Assembly (NCBI GenBank): GCA_965215505.1
Contig: OZ244065.1
Coordinates: 2,400,001-2,464,000 of the forward strand
Direction of reading: 5' to 3'
DNA: 64,000 bases
From: Capsulimonadaceae bacterium
GTDB taxonomy: Bacteria; Armatimonadota; Armatimonadia; Armatimonadales; Capsulimonadaceae
This document shows positions 10,056 to 18,136 of this stretch, piece after piece. Positions within the stretch are counted from its first letter, which is position 1, and the number at the start of each line of letters is the position of its first letter. The notes beneath the pieces were generated by a model. It ran no database searches. It had not been told where the DNA came from and saw nothing but the letters and a program-made list of their open reading frames with translations. The translations under genes were made by a program, and so were the position numbers.

Positions 10056-11375
10056 ATGGCACAAATCGAGCGGACGGTCCCGGCGGTCCCGAATCTTGGC
10101 GATTCCGGCGGGCCGGTCGGGAACTTCCGGTGGGTCATCTGCGGGCTGCTGTTCTTCGCGACGGCGATTAACTACATTGACCGTCAGGTCCTCGCCATCC
10201 TGAAGCCGCAGCTCTCGCACGACCTCCACTGGAACCAGCAGGACTACGCCAACATCGTCACGGCCTTCCAGCTCACCTATGCCTTCGGCTACCTCTTCGG
10301 CGGAAGGCTCATGGACCGGTTCGGCGTCAAGCGTGGACTGCCGCTGGCCGCGCTGGCCTGGAGCCTTTTCGCCGCCATGCACGGGCTGATGCGCTCGGTC
10401 ACGGGCTTCAGCGTCGCCCGCCTGGGCCTGGGCCTCTCCGAAGGGGCGATCTTCCCGGCGGCGATCAAGACCGTCAGCGAGTGGTTCCCGCTGAAAGAGC
10501 GCGCGCTCGCCACGGGCATCTTCAACAGCGCTAGCAGCATCGGCGCGATCATCTGCCCCCTGACCGTGCCCCTCCTTGCACTGAAGTTCGGCTGGCCCGC
10601 CGCCTTCTACATCACCGGCGCGCTGGGGATCGTCTGGGTCGCCGCCTGGGCCGCCCTCTACGACAGCCCGGAAACCCACCCCCGCCTGTCAAGGGGCGAG
10701 CGCGGCTACATCGAGCGGGGGCGTCCGCCGGCGGCCGCAGTGTCGGCGGCCGTGCCGTGGCCGATCCTGCTCCGTGACCGCGCCGCCTGGGCGTACATGA
10801 TCGCCCGCCTCCTGGCCGATCCGGTCTGGTGGTTCTACCTGTTCTGGCTCCCCGGCTTCCTCCACGAACACTTCCACCTGACCTCGAAGCAGGCGGGGGA
10901 CCGCGTCGGCGTCGTCTACGCGATCACGATCCTGGGGAGCATCGGCGGGGGATGGCTTGCCGCCCGGCTGCTCGGACGCGGCTGGAGCCTCAACGCTGCC
11001 CGCAAGACTTCGCTGCTGGTCTGCGCGGCGTGTGTGATCCCCGTCTTCGCGGCCTCCTCCGTCGCGAACTCCTGGGCGGCGGTGCTCCTGGTCGGCCTGG
11101 CCGGGGCCGCCCACCAAGGCTGGTCCGCCAATCTCTACACATTCGTCTCGGACACGATGCCGAAGCGGGCCGTCAGCTCCGTCGTCGGATTGGGCGGCTT
11201 CGCCGGGGGGATCGCCAGCGTGGGGAACGCGCAGATCGTCGGCCATGTGCTGACGCTCACCCACAACAACTACGTCCCTATCTTCGTCTGGGCCTCCACG
11301 ATGTACGTCCTCGCCTGGGGCTTCATCCAGGTTCTTGTCCCCAAGATCGAGCCGGCAGAGAAGCAGGCAGTTTGA
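10056..11375 (+). CDS. exuT: MFS hexuronate transporter (ExuT-like)
   Basis: Motifs RWVICGLLFFATAINYIDRQ, EWFPLKERALATGIFN, DPVWWFYLFWLP and AHQGWSAN; multiple TM helices; divergent from the uxa genes. Confidence 0.85.
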   Translation: MAQIERTVPAVPNLGDSGGPVGNFRWVICGLLFFATAINYIDRQVLAILKPQLSHDLHWNQQDYANIVTAFQLTYAFGYLFGGRLMDRFGVKRGLPLAALAWSLFAAMHGLMRSVTGFSVARLGLGLSEGAIFPAAIKTVSEWFPLKERALATGIFNSASSIGAIICPLTVPLLALKFGWPAAFYITGALGIVWVAAWAALYDSPETHPRLSRGERGYIERGRPPAAAVSAAVPWPILLRDRAAWAYMIARLLADPVWWFYLFWLPGFLHEHFHLTSKQAGDRVGVVYAITILGSIGGGWLAARLLGRGWSLNAARKTSLLVCAACVIPVFAASSVANSWAAVLLVGLAGAAHQGWSANLYTFVSDTMPKRAVSSVVGLGGFAGGIASVGNAQIVGHVLTLTHNNYVPIFVWASTMYVLAWGFIQVLVPKIEPAEKQAV

Positions 11376-11558
11376 AGACATCCACCGCAGTTCGGCACCG
11401 CATCGGCCTCTCACAACGGCAACCATGCGACGGGCCGAGCTTGATTGAAAGCAGAGCGTTAGCCGAGAGTGGCGCGAAGATGGTGCAGGATGGAGACTGA
11501 CATAACATTGTGTTTATCGGTAACAAATCAAGGTTGCTGGGGGAGTATTGGTGTAGAT

Positions 11559-11855
11559 ATGATTGACAAAGATACCGTGCGAAGCATCGCTTTGGCCCAT
11601 ATTAACGCGCCAAGTTCCTATGGCAAACATATAGACTGTGTCATTCTTGATCAGCACACACTAGAGGAAGACTTCGGCTGGGTCTTCTTCTACCAGTCGA
11701 GGGAATACATAGAGACGGGAGATTTTTTGGCAGCGTTGGGTGGTAATTCTCCCCTGATTATTAGTGGCTTGGATGGCTCGGTCACGAAGACCGGCACGGC
11801 GCAACCTGTCGAGGTATACATCGAAGAGTACCGGAAATCGTTATCAGACCTCTAA
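11559..11855 (+). CDS. YrhB / Imm35-like immunity protein
   Basis: Motif E.DFGWVFFYQSREYIETGD...ALGGNSPLII...DG...GTA.P...YIEEY. Lower GC than the flanks. Confidence 0.7.
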   Translation: MIDKDTVRSIALAHINAPSSYGKHIDCVILDQHTLEEDFGWVFFYQSREYIETGDFLAALGGNSPLIISGLDGSVTKTGTAQPVEVYIEEYRKSLSDL

Positions 11856-12174
11856 GTGACGTGAGGCCCCTTATCGGCCCCAAACGCCTGTCTAGTGCCT
11901 GTTCCGATGGTGCGATGGGTGCTTTGTTCGTTTGATCTTCCTGGCGGAGTTTGTCTACCGTAGACGTTCGAGATGTTTGCAATAGACAAGCGCCGCCAAT
12001 CGAAACAAGCATTCCCAGCGATACCAGGGTGAGGTCGTAGGCGGCGCGACGAGCTTCCTCTACCCAGTCAGGTCTTTCCTGCTCTTCATCCACTTCCCAG
12101 CCCCAAGACCAATATGACGGCCCACGCGAACGCCGTGACTGGAACATCTACGGTGTAGGCCGACGCGGTTCTTT

Positions 12175-12768
12175 ATGTCCAACGCTCCCGAATCCCACAA
12201 CAGCAAGCCCTCTGAGGCCGAGACCGGCGGGCCACCGCTCCGCCTGACGCCCGGACAGCTCGCCGGGGCCTTTGCGGAGATGAGTCTGCACGGCTTCGGC
12301 GGCGTCATGCCCTGGGCGCGGCGGGTGCTGGTGGAGCGCCGGGGCTGGCTGGGCGATGGGGAGTTCACCGAGATGCTCTCGGTCAGCCAGCTCGTGCCCG
12401 GCGACAACGTCACGAACCTCGCCGTCATCTTCGGCTACCGCTACGGCGGGACGCGCGGGGCGCTGGCCGCCCTGGGCGGGCTGCTCGGGCCGTCCCTGAG
12501 CGTCGTGCTGACCCTGGGCTGGCTCTACCGGCACTTCGGCGGGCTGGCCGCCGTCCAGGGCGCGATGCGCGGCACGTCGGCGGTCGTCGCCGGGCTGCTC
12601 CTGGTGACGGGGATCAAGCTGCTGGGGAGCCAGCCGCGCGCCCCGCGCGTGCTGGCCTTCGGGCTGCTGGCCTTCCTTGCCGTCGGGGTGGCGCGGCTAC
12701 CGCTGGGGTGGGTGCTGCTGGCCCTGGTCCCCGCCGCCGTGCTTGCGGAGTGGAGGGCGGCCCGGTGA
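12175..12768 (+). CDS. Chromate transporter, short-chain ChrA subunit 1
   Basis: GFGG motif, 'VERRGWL...EFTEMLSVSQLVPG', hydrophobic helices. Confidence 0.85.
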   Translation: MSNAPESHNSKPSEAETGGPPLRLTPGQLAGAFAEMSLHGFGGVMPWARRVLVERRGWLGDGEFTEMLSVSQLVPGDNVTNLAVIFGYRYGGTRGALAALGGLLGPSLSVVLTLGWLYRHFGGLAAVQGAMRGTSAVVAGLLLVTGIKLLGSQPRAPRVLAFGLLAFLAVGVARLPLGWVLLALVPAAVLAEWRAAR

Positions 12769-13304
12769 GCGGCCCGTCAACAGACCTTTTGCTCGGGCTG
12801 GCCTGGCGGTTCGCTCTGATCTCCGTGATCGCCCTGGGCGGGCCGAGCGCCGTGCTGCCCGAAACGCACCGGCTGTTCGTCGAGGACGGCCACTGGATGA
12901 GCGACGAGCGGTTCACCGCCCTGTTCGCCTTGGCCCAGATCTCACCCGGCCTGAACACCATGTACGCCGCCCTGTTCGGCTGGCAGGTGGCCGGCCCGGC
13001 GGGCGCGGCCGTGTCGGCGGCGATGATGTACGGCCCTTCCTCCGTCTTGGCCTGGCTGGTGGAGCGGCACACGCAGCGGCACCGGGACGCCGCCTGGATG
13101 GTGATCGGGCGGCGCGCACTCGCCCCGGTCACGATCTCGCTGCTGCTGGCGAGCGGCTACCTCATCACGCGCGGCGCGGACCACAGCCCACAGGCCCTGG
13201 CGCTGACTCTCGTGACCGTCGCGCTGGGGCTGCGGACGCGGCTCAACCCGCTCTGGCTGGTCGCCCTAGGGGCGGCATTGGGCGTGGCCCGGATCATTAC
13301 CTGA
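12765..13304 (+). CDS. Chromate transporter, short-chain ChrA subunit 2
   Basis: ALGG motif and 'HWMSDERFTALFALAQISPG'. GTGA overlap with subunit 1. Confidence 0.85.
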   Translation: MSGPSTDLLLGLAWRFALISVIALGGPSAVLPETHRLFVEDGHWMSDERFTALFALAQISPGLNTMYAALFGWQVAGPAGAAVSAAMMYGPSSVLAWLVERHTQRHRDAAWMVIGRRALAPVTISLLLASGYLITRGADHSPQALALTLVTVALGLRTRLNPLWLVALGAALGVARIIT

Positions 13305-13319
13305 CTTTGCGCCGTTCGG

Positions 13320-13348
13320 TGGCAGGGAACAGGAGTGCTGGGTATAAC
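13320..13348 (+). promoter_or_regulatory. Putative sigma70-type promoter for the M48 peptidase
   Basis: TGGCAG-17-TATAAC. Confidence 0.4.
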
Positions 13349-13388
13349 GTCCGACAGACGACGGAATTGTTTTATCCCTGGGAGACTC

Positions 13389-14237
13389 ATGCAGATGTCC
13401 GAGAAGAATCAGTCACAGTACGACGCATCGAGGCGTCTTTTCCTGCGCCGCGCCGCCCTGGCCGGGGCCGGCCTCGCCGCCGCGCCGCTGCTGATGCCGA
13501 CGGCGGCGGAGGCCGGCGGGCTGTTCGCCGCGCCCTCCACCGACGACCAAAAGAAGGTCGGCGATCAGGCCGCCCAGCAGGTCTTGAAGCAGTACCCCGA
13601 GGTCCACGACGCCCGCGCCCGCCACTTCGACCAGATCGGGCAACGACTCGTCGCCGCCCTGCCGGCCTCGGACCGGAAGACCTGGGACTTCAAGTTCCAC
13701 GTCCTGGACAGCAAGGACGTCAACGCCTTCGCGCTGCCGGGCGGCAACATGTTCATGTTCACCGGCCTGTACAAAATCCTCTCGACCGACGACGCATTGG
13801 CCGGGGTGACCGGGCACGAGATGACGCACGTCCGGTTGCAGCACTGGGCGAAGGCGCAGGCCAAACAGCAGGAGCGCTCGGCGGGGATCGGCCTGCTGCT
13901 GGGCATCTTCCACGCAGGCCAGGCGGTGCAGACGATCGCGGGGCTTGCGAACAGCGCCATCGGCCTGAAGTTCTCGCGGACCGAGGAGGACCAGGCCGAC
14001 CAGGGCGGGCTGACGAACATGGTGGCGGCCGGCTACAACCCGCAGGGCATGATCCAGCTCTTTGAAGCGCTGGAGAAGGTCAGCGGCAACGGCGGCGGTC
14101 TGGGCGGGGCGTTCCTGTCCGACCACCCGCTCACCTCGGACCGGATCACCCACACCCAGCAGCGCATCGCGGCCCTGAAGAGCCAGGGGAGCTTCCCGCC
14201 CCTGACGCCGCTCGACTACGCCAAACTGTTAGGATGA
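13389..14237 (+). CDS. Tat-exported M48 family Zn metallopeptidase (BepA/LoiP-like)
   Basis: SRRLFL twin-arginine signal; VNAFALPGG, HEMTH, FSRTEEDQAD and FLSDHP; GGAG SD. Confidence 0.85.
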   Translation: MQMSEKNQSQYDASRRLFLRRAALAGAGLAAAPLLMPTAAEAGGLFAAPSTDDQKKVGDQAAQQVLKQYPEVHDARARHFDQIGQRLVAALPASDRKTWDFKFHVLDSKDVNAFALPGGNMFMFTGLYKILSTDDALAGVTGHEMTHVRLQHWAKAQAKQQERSAGIGLLLGIFHAGQAVQTIAGLANSAIGLKFSRTEEDQADQGGLTNMVAAGYNPQGMIQLFEALEKVSGNGGGLGGAFLSDHPLTSDRITHTQQRIAALKSQGSFPPLTPLDYAKLLG

Positions 14238-14245
14238 CGACAGAG

Positions 14246-14284
14246 AAAAAGCGGCCCTCCCGAATGGGAGAGCCGCTTCCTTTT
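14246..14284. terminator. Bidirectional intrinsic terminator
   Basis: AAAAA-GCGGCCCTCCC-GAAT-GGGAGAGCCGC-TTCCTTTT between convergent genes. Confidence 0.7.
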
Positions 14285-14315
14285 GAGGAATGAAGAAGAT
14301 TGCATTGCCGGGCGG

Positions 14316-14531
14316 TTACGCCGGGGCGGCTTCTTTCGCCACGACACAGGTGGCGTGGTCGCCTCGGGGGCCGCACTCTAGGTCGAAGACGACTTCCTGG
14401 CCTTCGCGCAGGGATTTGTAGCCGTCGCCCCGAATCACGGAGTAGTGGACGAAAACGTCCTTGCCAGGTGCCTGTTCAATGAACCCGTAGCCTTTGGCGT
14501 CATTGAACCATTTGATTTTCCCGTTGATCAT
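14316..14531 (-). CDS. Cold-shock domain protein
   Basis: [15 protein letters not shown] (RNP1) and DVFVHYS (RNP2); AAGGAG SD. Confidence 0.95.
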   Translation of the reverse strand: MINGKIKWFNDAKGYGFIEQAPGKDVFVHYSVIRGDGYKSLREGQEVVFDLECGPRGDHATCVVAKEAAPA

Positions 14532-14602
14532 CGTGTGTATCTCCTTACCTTTGCTGACTCCTTGGCGCAGTGGTGCTGCTAGAGTTCTTATGAATATCCA
14601 TA

Positions 14603-14618
14603 TGCATAAACCGTGCCA
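14603..14618 (-). promoter_or_regulatory. sigma54 (-24/-12) promoter upstream of the csp gene
   Basis: Minus strand TGGCACGGTTTATGCA versus consensus TGGCACG-N4-TTGCW. Confidence 0.65.
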
Positions 14619-14689
14619 AGTCGGCGTGTCGGCGGCAGGGAGAATAAAAATTTTCTTTTTGCGCTGTTTGCCGACCTCAGCGGTCCGGC

Positions 14690-14719
14690 TTGCTTTTTCC
14701 CGGCGCGGTGGGGTATACT
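14690..14719 (+). promoter_or_regulatory. sigma70-type promoter for rpsT
   Basis: TTGCTT-18-TATACT. Confidence 0.55.
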
Positions 14720-14806
14720 ATTCCGCACCCATTTTTTGCAGACCGTCTTCACGGACGCCGCCGACCGACGACGACTGATCCGATCACCGAGGAGTCCTTT
14801 CGCACC

Positions 14807-15085
14807 ATGCCTAACATCAAGTCCGTCATCAAGGACGTCAAGCGCTCGCGCCAGCGCCAGCTCCGCAACCAGGCCACCAAGTCCCAGATCAAGACCTACG
14901 TCAAGAAGACGCGCGCCCTGATCACGGCGGGGGCCGCCCAGCCGGGGGAGATCTCCGCCAGCGTCTCCAAGACCGTCAGCGTCATTGACAAGGCCTGGAA
15001 GCGAGGCATCATCCACAAGAACGCCGCCGCCCGCCGCAAGTCCCGCCTGATGAAGCGCGCGGCCCAGACGACCGCCCCGGCGTGA
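14807..15085 (+). CDS. rpsT: 30S ribosomal protein S20
   Basis: MPNIKS...RNQATKSQIKTYVKK...IDKAWKRGIIHKNAAARRKSRL; GAGGAG SD. Confidence 0.95.
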   Translation: MPNIKSVIKDVKRSRQRQLRNQATKSQIKTYVKKTRALITAGAAQPGEISASVSKTVSVIDKAWKRGIIHKNAAARRKSRLMKRAAQTTAPA

Positions 15086-15090
15086 TGAAA

Positions 15091-15116
15091 GGGGGCGCGA
15101 TGAACCGCGCCCCCAC
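15091..15116 (-). repeat. GTAG-type REP-like hairpin (family A)
   Basis: Minus strand GTGGGGGCGCGGTTCATCGCGCCCCC, between convergent genes. Confidence 0.55.
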
Positions 15117-15124
15117 ATCCCCGC

Positions 15125-15994
15125 CTATGCGAGAAGCCCGCCCTTCATCGCCGCCTCTTCGGCAGCAGCCGGGTAGTCGAACCCCAGGCGTCCGGCCAGC
15201 GCCCGACCGACCCGCGCCCCTTCCTCGCGCAGCCGCTCCGCCGCCTCCTGAAATTCCTTTTCCGCCTCGCTCGACCGGCCCAATGCCGCCACCGCTTCGC
15301 CGCCGAAAGCCGCCTCCACCGCCCGCACCATCGGGGTGAGCGAATGGATGGTCATGGCCTGGATCGGGCCACAGTCCAGCCCCGTCGCCTCTATGTGCCA
15401 GAGCCGCAGGAGTTCCTGCCGGATACGATGTTCGCCCTCCCAGGCGATCAAGGTCAGGCCGCGCGCCAGCACTTTCCGGTGCTTCCGAATGTTCATCCAG
15501 AAGCCGCCGACGAGCCGGCGGACCTCTTCCGGGTCGGCAGGCTTGAAAGAGACGCTCGGGTCCGCGCCGCTGGCGAGTTTGGGCGCAAAAGCTGCGTCGC
15601 GGCAGCCCAAAACCAGGCGGGCCTCACTGCTCGGCTCCCGCGCCGTCGTTTGTATCCACAGGTCATAAATCTGACCGTCATCGAGCAGCATCTGGTGGAG
15701 CGCGGCGTCGGCACCGACGGGCCAGGTGACGCAGTGCGTCACTCGTTCCGACAGCCGGTGCGCCGATGCGGGCAATGCCTCAGTGATCTCGGCGGGCGCG
15801 GCAAGCCCGACACGCAGGTCCACGTCGCTGTGCGCGTCCCCCGCCCCGCGCGCCAGGCTGCCTCCGAGCCAGAGCGCGGCGACGGCGGGGTCGGCCCACA
15901 GGTTTCGCGCTAGTTCGATCAGCAGAGGGCGCTGTGGCAGGTCAGGCAGGGCGTCCAGGTTCAGGTCGTTCATGGGGTTGTCCTCGGGGATCAC
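15125..15994 (-). CDS. Nucleotidyltransferase (Pol-beta superfamily) domain protein
   Basis: GGSLARGAGDAHSDVDL (GS...DxD) motif followed by a helical C-terminal domain. Start could be 15973. Confidence 0.7.
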   Translation of the reverse strand: MIPEDNPMNDLNLDALPDLPQRPLLIELARNLWADPAVAALWLGGSLARGAGDAHSDVDLRVGLAAPAEITEALPASAHRLSERVTHCVTWPVGADAALHQMLLDDGQIYDLWIQTTAREPSSEARLVLGCRDAAFAPKLASGADPSVSFKPADPEEVRRLVGGFWMNIRKHRKVLARGLTLIAWEGEHRIRQELLRLWHIEATGLDCGPIQAMTIHSLTPMVRAVEAAFGGEAVAALGRSSEAEKEFQEAAERLREEGARVGRALAGRLGFDYPAAAEEAAMKGGLLA

Positions 15995-16105
15995 CGGTCA
16001 TGAATGGCCGGTGCTTCTCGCGCAGGACATTCGCCGCCGCGCGTCGAATGTCCTCTGGACAACGCCAGCGGATACACCTCCACGGCGCATAAGGAAACCA
16101 ACACC

Positions 16106-17224
16106 ATGACCGGTCCTCTAGGAATGGGAGTCGTCGGCGCGGGCAGCATCGGCATCCGGGCCGCCTTGCAGCACCTCTGCCTGCCGGACGTGCAGGACCG
16201 CGTCACGCTAGCCGCCGTCTGTGACCCCGTGCCGGGCCGGGCTTTGGCCGCCGGTGAGAAGTTCGGGGTCAAACGGTCGTATGAAAGTTATGAGGACCTG
16301 CTGGCCGACCCGGCCGTCCACGCCGTTACCCTGGGGACGCCCATCGGGCTGCACTTTGAACAGGGCATGGCGGCGATCAAGGCCAGCAAGCACGTCCACT
16401 TCAACAAGACCATGACGACGACCGCCGACGAGGCCACGCAGCTCATTGACGCGGCGGCAGTGGCCGGTGTCAAGCTGGTCGCCTCGCCGGGCCAGATGAT
16501 CCGCCCGGCCAATCGGCGCATCCGCAGGATGATCGGCGACGGCGTTCTGGGCCAGCTCGCCTGGGCGGCGACCGGCGCGGCCTTCGGCGATTACCACGAG
16601 CAGGAGGGGGTTCGGACCGGCACGGACGTTCTGAGCAATATCAACCCGGCCTGGTACTGGCGCAAGCCCGGCGGCGGGCCGCTGTACGACATGACCGTCT
16701 ACGGCCTGCACACGCTGACGGGTATCCTCGGCCCCGCGCGGCGCGTCACGGCCATGTCGGGCGTCGGCATTCAGGAGCGCGAATTTCAGGGCCAGATGTA
16801 CCCGTCAGACGCCGACGACAACACCCTGATGGTGCTGGACTTCGGGGGCGCGACCTTCGCGTTCGTCTACGGCACGTTCGCCGGGACCCTGACCGAGTTC
16901 GGCCAGCCCTCCTTCTTCGGCACCAAAGGCAGCCTCGTCGGCCTGAAGCTCAACGGCCAGCCGATTGACTACCCGCACCGGGGCGACGAGGGCGTCAGTC
17001 CGTATGGCCCGCACATCGTCGGCCCGCACCTGGGCATGGACGAGGCGCACGTCTTCGAGGACATCATGCAGCTCGTGGACCTCGCCCGCGAGGGCATCCC
17101 GACCCCTGCGACGGCGGAACACGCCCGCCACGTCGTCGAGATCATCGAGGCGGCGTACCGGGCGGGGGAGACGGGGCAGACACAGACCTTGACGACGAGC
17201 TTTGTGCCGGTCGAGGGGGCTTGA
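16106..17224 (+). CDS. Gfo/Idh/MocA family oxidoreductase
   Basis: GVVGAGSIG, 'SYEDLLADPAVHAV.LGTP..LH' and GGGPLYDMTVY; AAGGA SD. Confidence 0.85.
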   Translation: MTGPLGMGVVGAGSIGIRAALQHLCLPDVQDRVTLAAVCDPVPGRALAAGEKFGVKRSYESYEDLLADPAVHAVTLGTPIGLHFEQGMAAIKASKHVHFNKTMTTTADEATQLIDAAAVAGVKLVASPGQMIRPANRRIRRMIGDGVLGQLAWAATGAAFGDYHEQEGVRTGTDVLSNINPAWYWRKPGGGPLYDMTVYGLHTLTGILGPARRVTAMSGVGIQEREFQGQMYPSDADDNTLMVLDFGGATFAFVYGTFAGTLTEFGQPSFFGTKGSLVGLKLNGQPIDYPHRGDEGVSPYGPHIVGPHLGMDEAHVFEDIMQLVDLAREGIPTPATAEHARHVVEIIEAAYRAGETGQTQTLTTSFVPVEGA

Positions 17225-17309
17225 CGCGCCCGCAGGCGAAAAACCTTCTAGGATTGCGGGGCCAAGAAAGGCTTTGCTTCGTTCGTCACTAAAACAGAAA
17301 GACTTTCCA

Positions 17310-18086
17310 GTGTCCGCCACAGTCCCGCAGCACCATAGAATCGAACATAAACAAGAGTTTGATGTTCCACCAGAAGTGGCAACGCATCTCGGCTATTATG
17401 TATATCTCTTCGTTGACCCGCGCGACAACCAGCCCTTCTATGTAGGTAAAGGACAGGGAAGACGTATGCTTGCTCACTTGGACGAAGAAGGTGAGTCGCG
17501 CAAGAATGCAAGGATCGCTGAACTAAAGGCACTTGCGCTCAAACCACAAATTGACATCCTAGCTCATGCCCTTCCCAGCGAAGAAACCGCCTTAAGAATA
17601 GAGGCAGCCGTCATTGATTTGCTTGGCTTAGGTGTATTGACAAACGCGGTTCGTGGCTGGCGAAGCGTACAACTCGGACGCAACTCACTACAGGAATTGA
17701 CAACCTATTACGCGGCCAAGCCAGTGGATGTAGTGGTTCCTGCCATCATGTTCCGTATCAATGACCTCTACCGGCACAATATGACAGAACTAGAGCTATA
17801 TGAGGCAACGCGGGGCGTATGGAAGCTCGGCGATCGTAGGAACGGAGCCAAGTTTGCATTTGCAATCTTTGAGGGTGTAGTGCGTGCAGTATACGAAATC
17901 CAAGATTGGCATCCGGCTTGCACGACTCCTTACACCTCCCGCGATGTCAAGGAAATGCCATGCAAAGGCCGAAAGGAGTTTGTGGGCAAAGAAGCAGAGT
18001 TAGCTGTACGAGAGTGTTACGTCGGCTATTCTGTCGCCAACCACTTCAAGAGAGGGTCACAAGGCCCTCAATATGTGAATTGTTGA
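17310..18086 (+). CDS. LEM-3-like GIY-YIG nuclease domain protein
   Basis: YYVYLFVDPRDNQPFYVGKGQGRR..H...EETALRIEAAVIDL...LTN and YEATRGVW. Lower GC; start uncertain. Confidence 0.75.
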   Translation: MSATVPQHHRIEHKQEFDVPPEVATHLGYYVYLFVDPRDNQPFYVGKGQGRRMLAHLDEEGESRKNARIAELKALALKPQIDILAHALPSEETALRIEAAVIDLLGLGVLTNAVRGWRSVQLGRNSLQELTTYYAAKPVDVVVPAIMFRINDLYRHNMTELELYEATRGVWKLGDRRNGAKFAFAIFEGVVRAVYEIQDWHPACTTPYTSRDVKEMPCKGRKEFVGKEAELAVRECYVGYSVANHFKRGSQGPQYVNC

Positions 18087-18136
18087 CTGACCGCCAAGCG
18101 GCGTGACAACGCTTTGAAAGAAACACTCACCTCACC

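Noticed and set aside
11782-12147. Minus-strand ORF with one hydrophobic segment
   Set aside because: No clear start or SD, it overlaps the Imm35-like gene end, and there is no recognisable family; not enough support.
17221-17254. TTGACG...TAGGAT promoter for the GIY-YIG gene
   Set aside because: The 22-nt spacer is too long.
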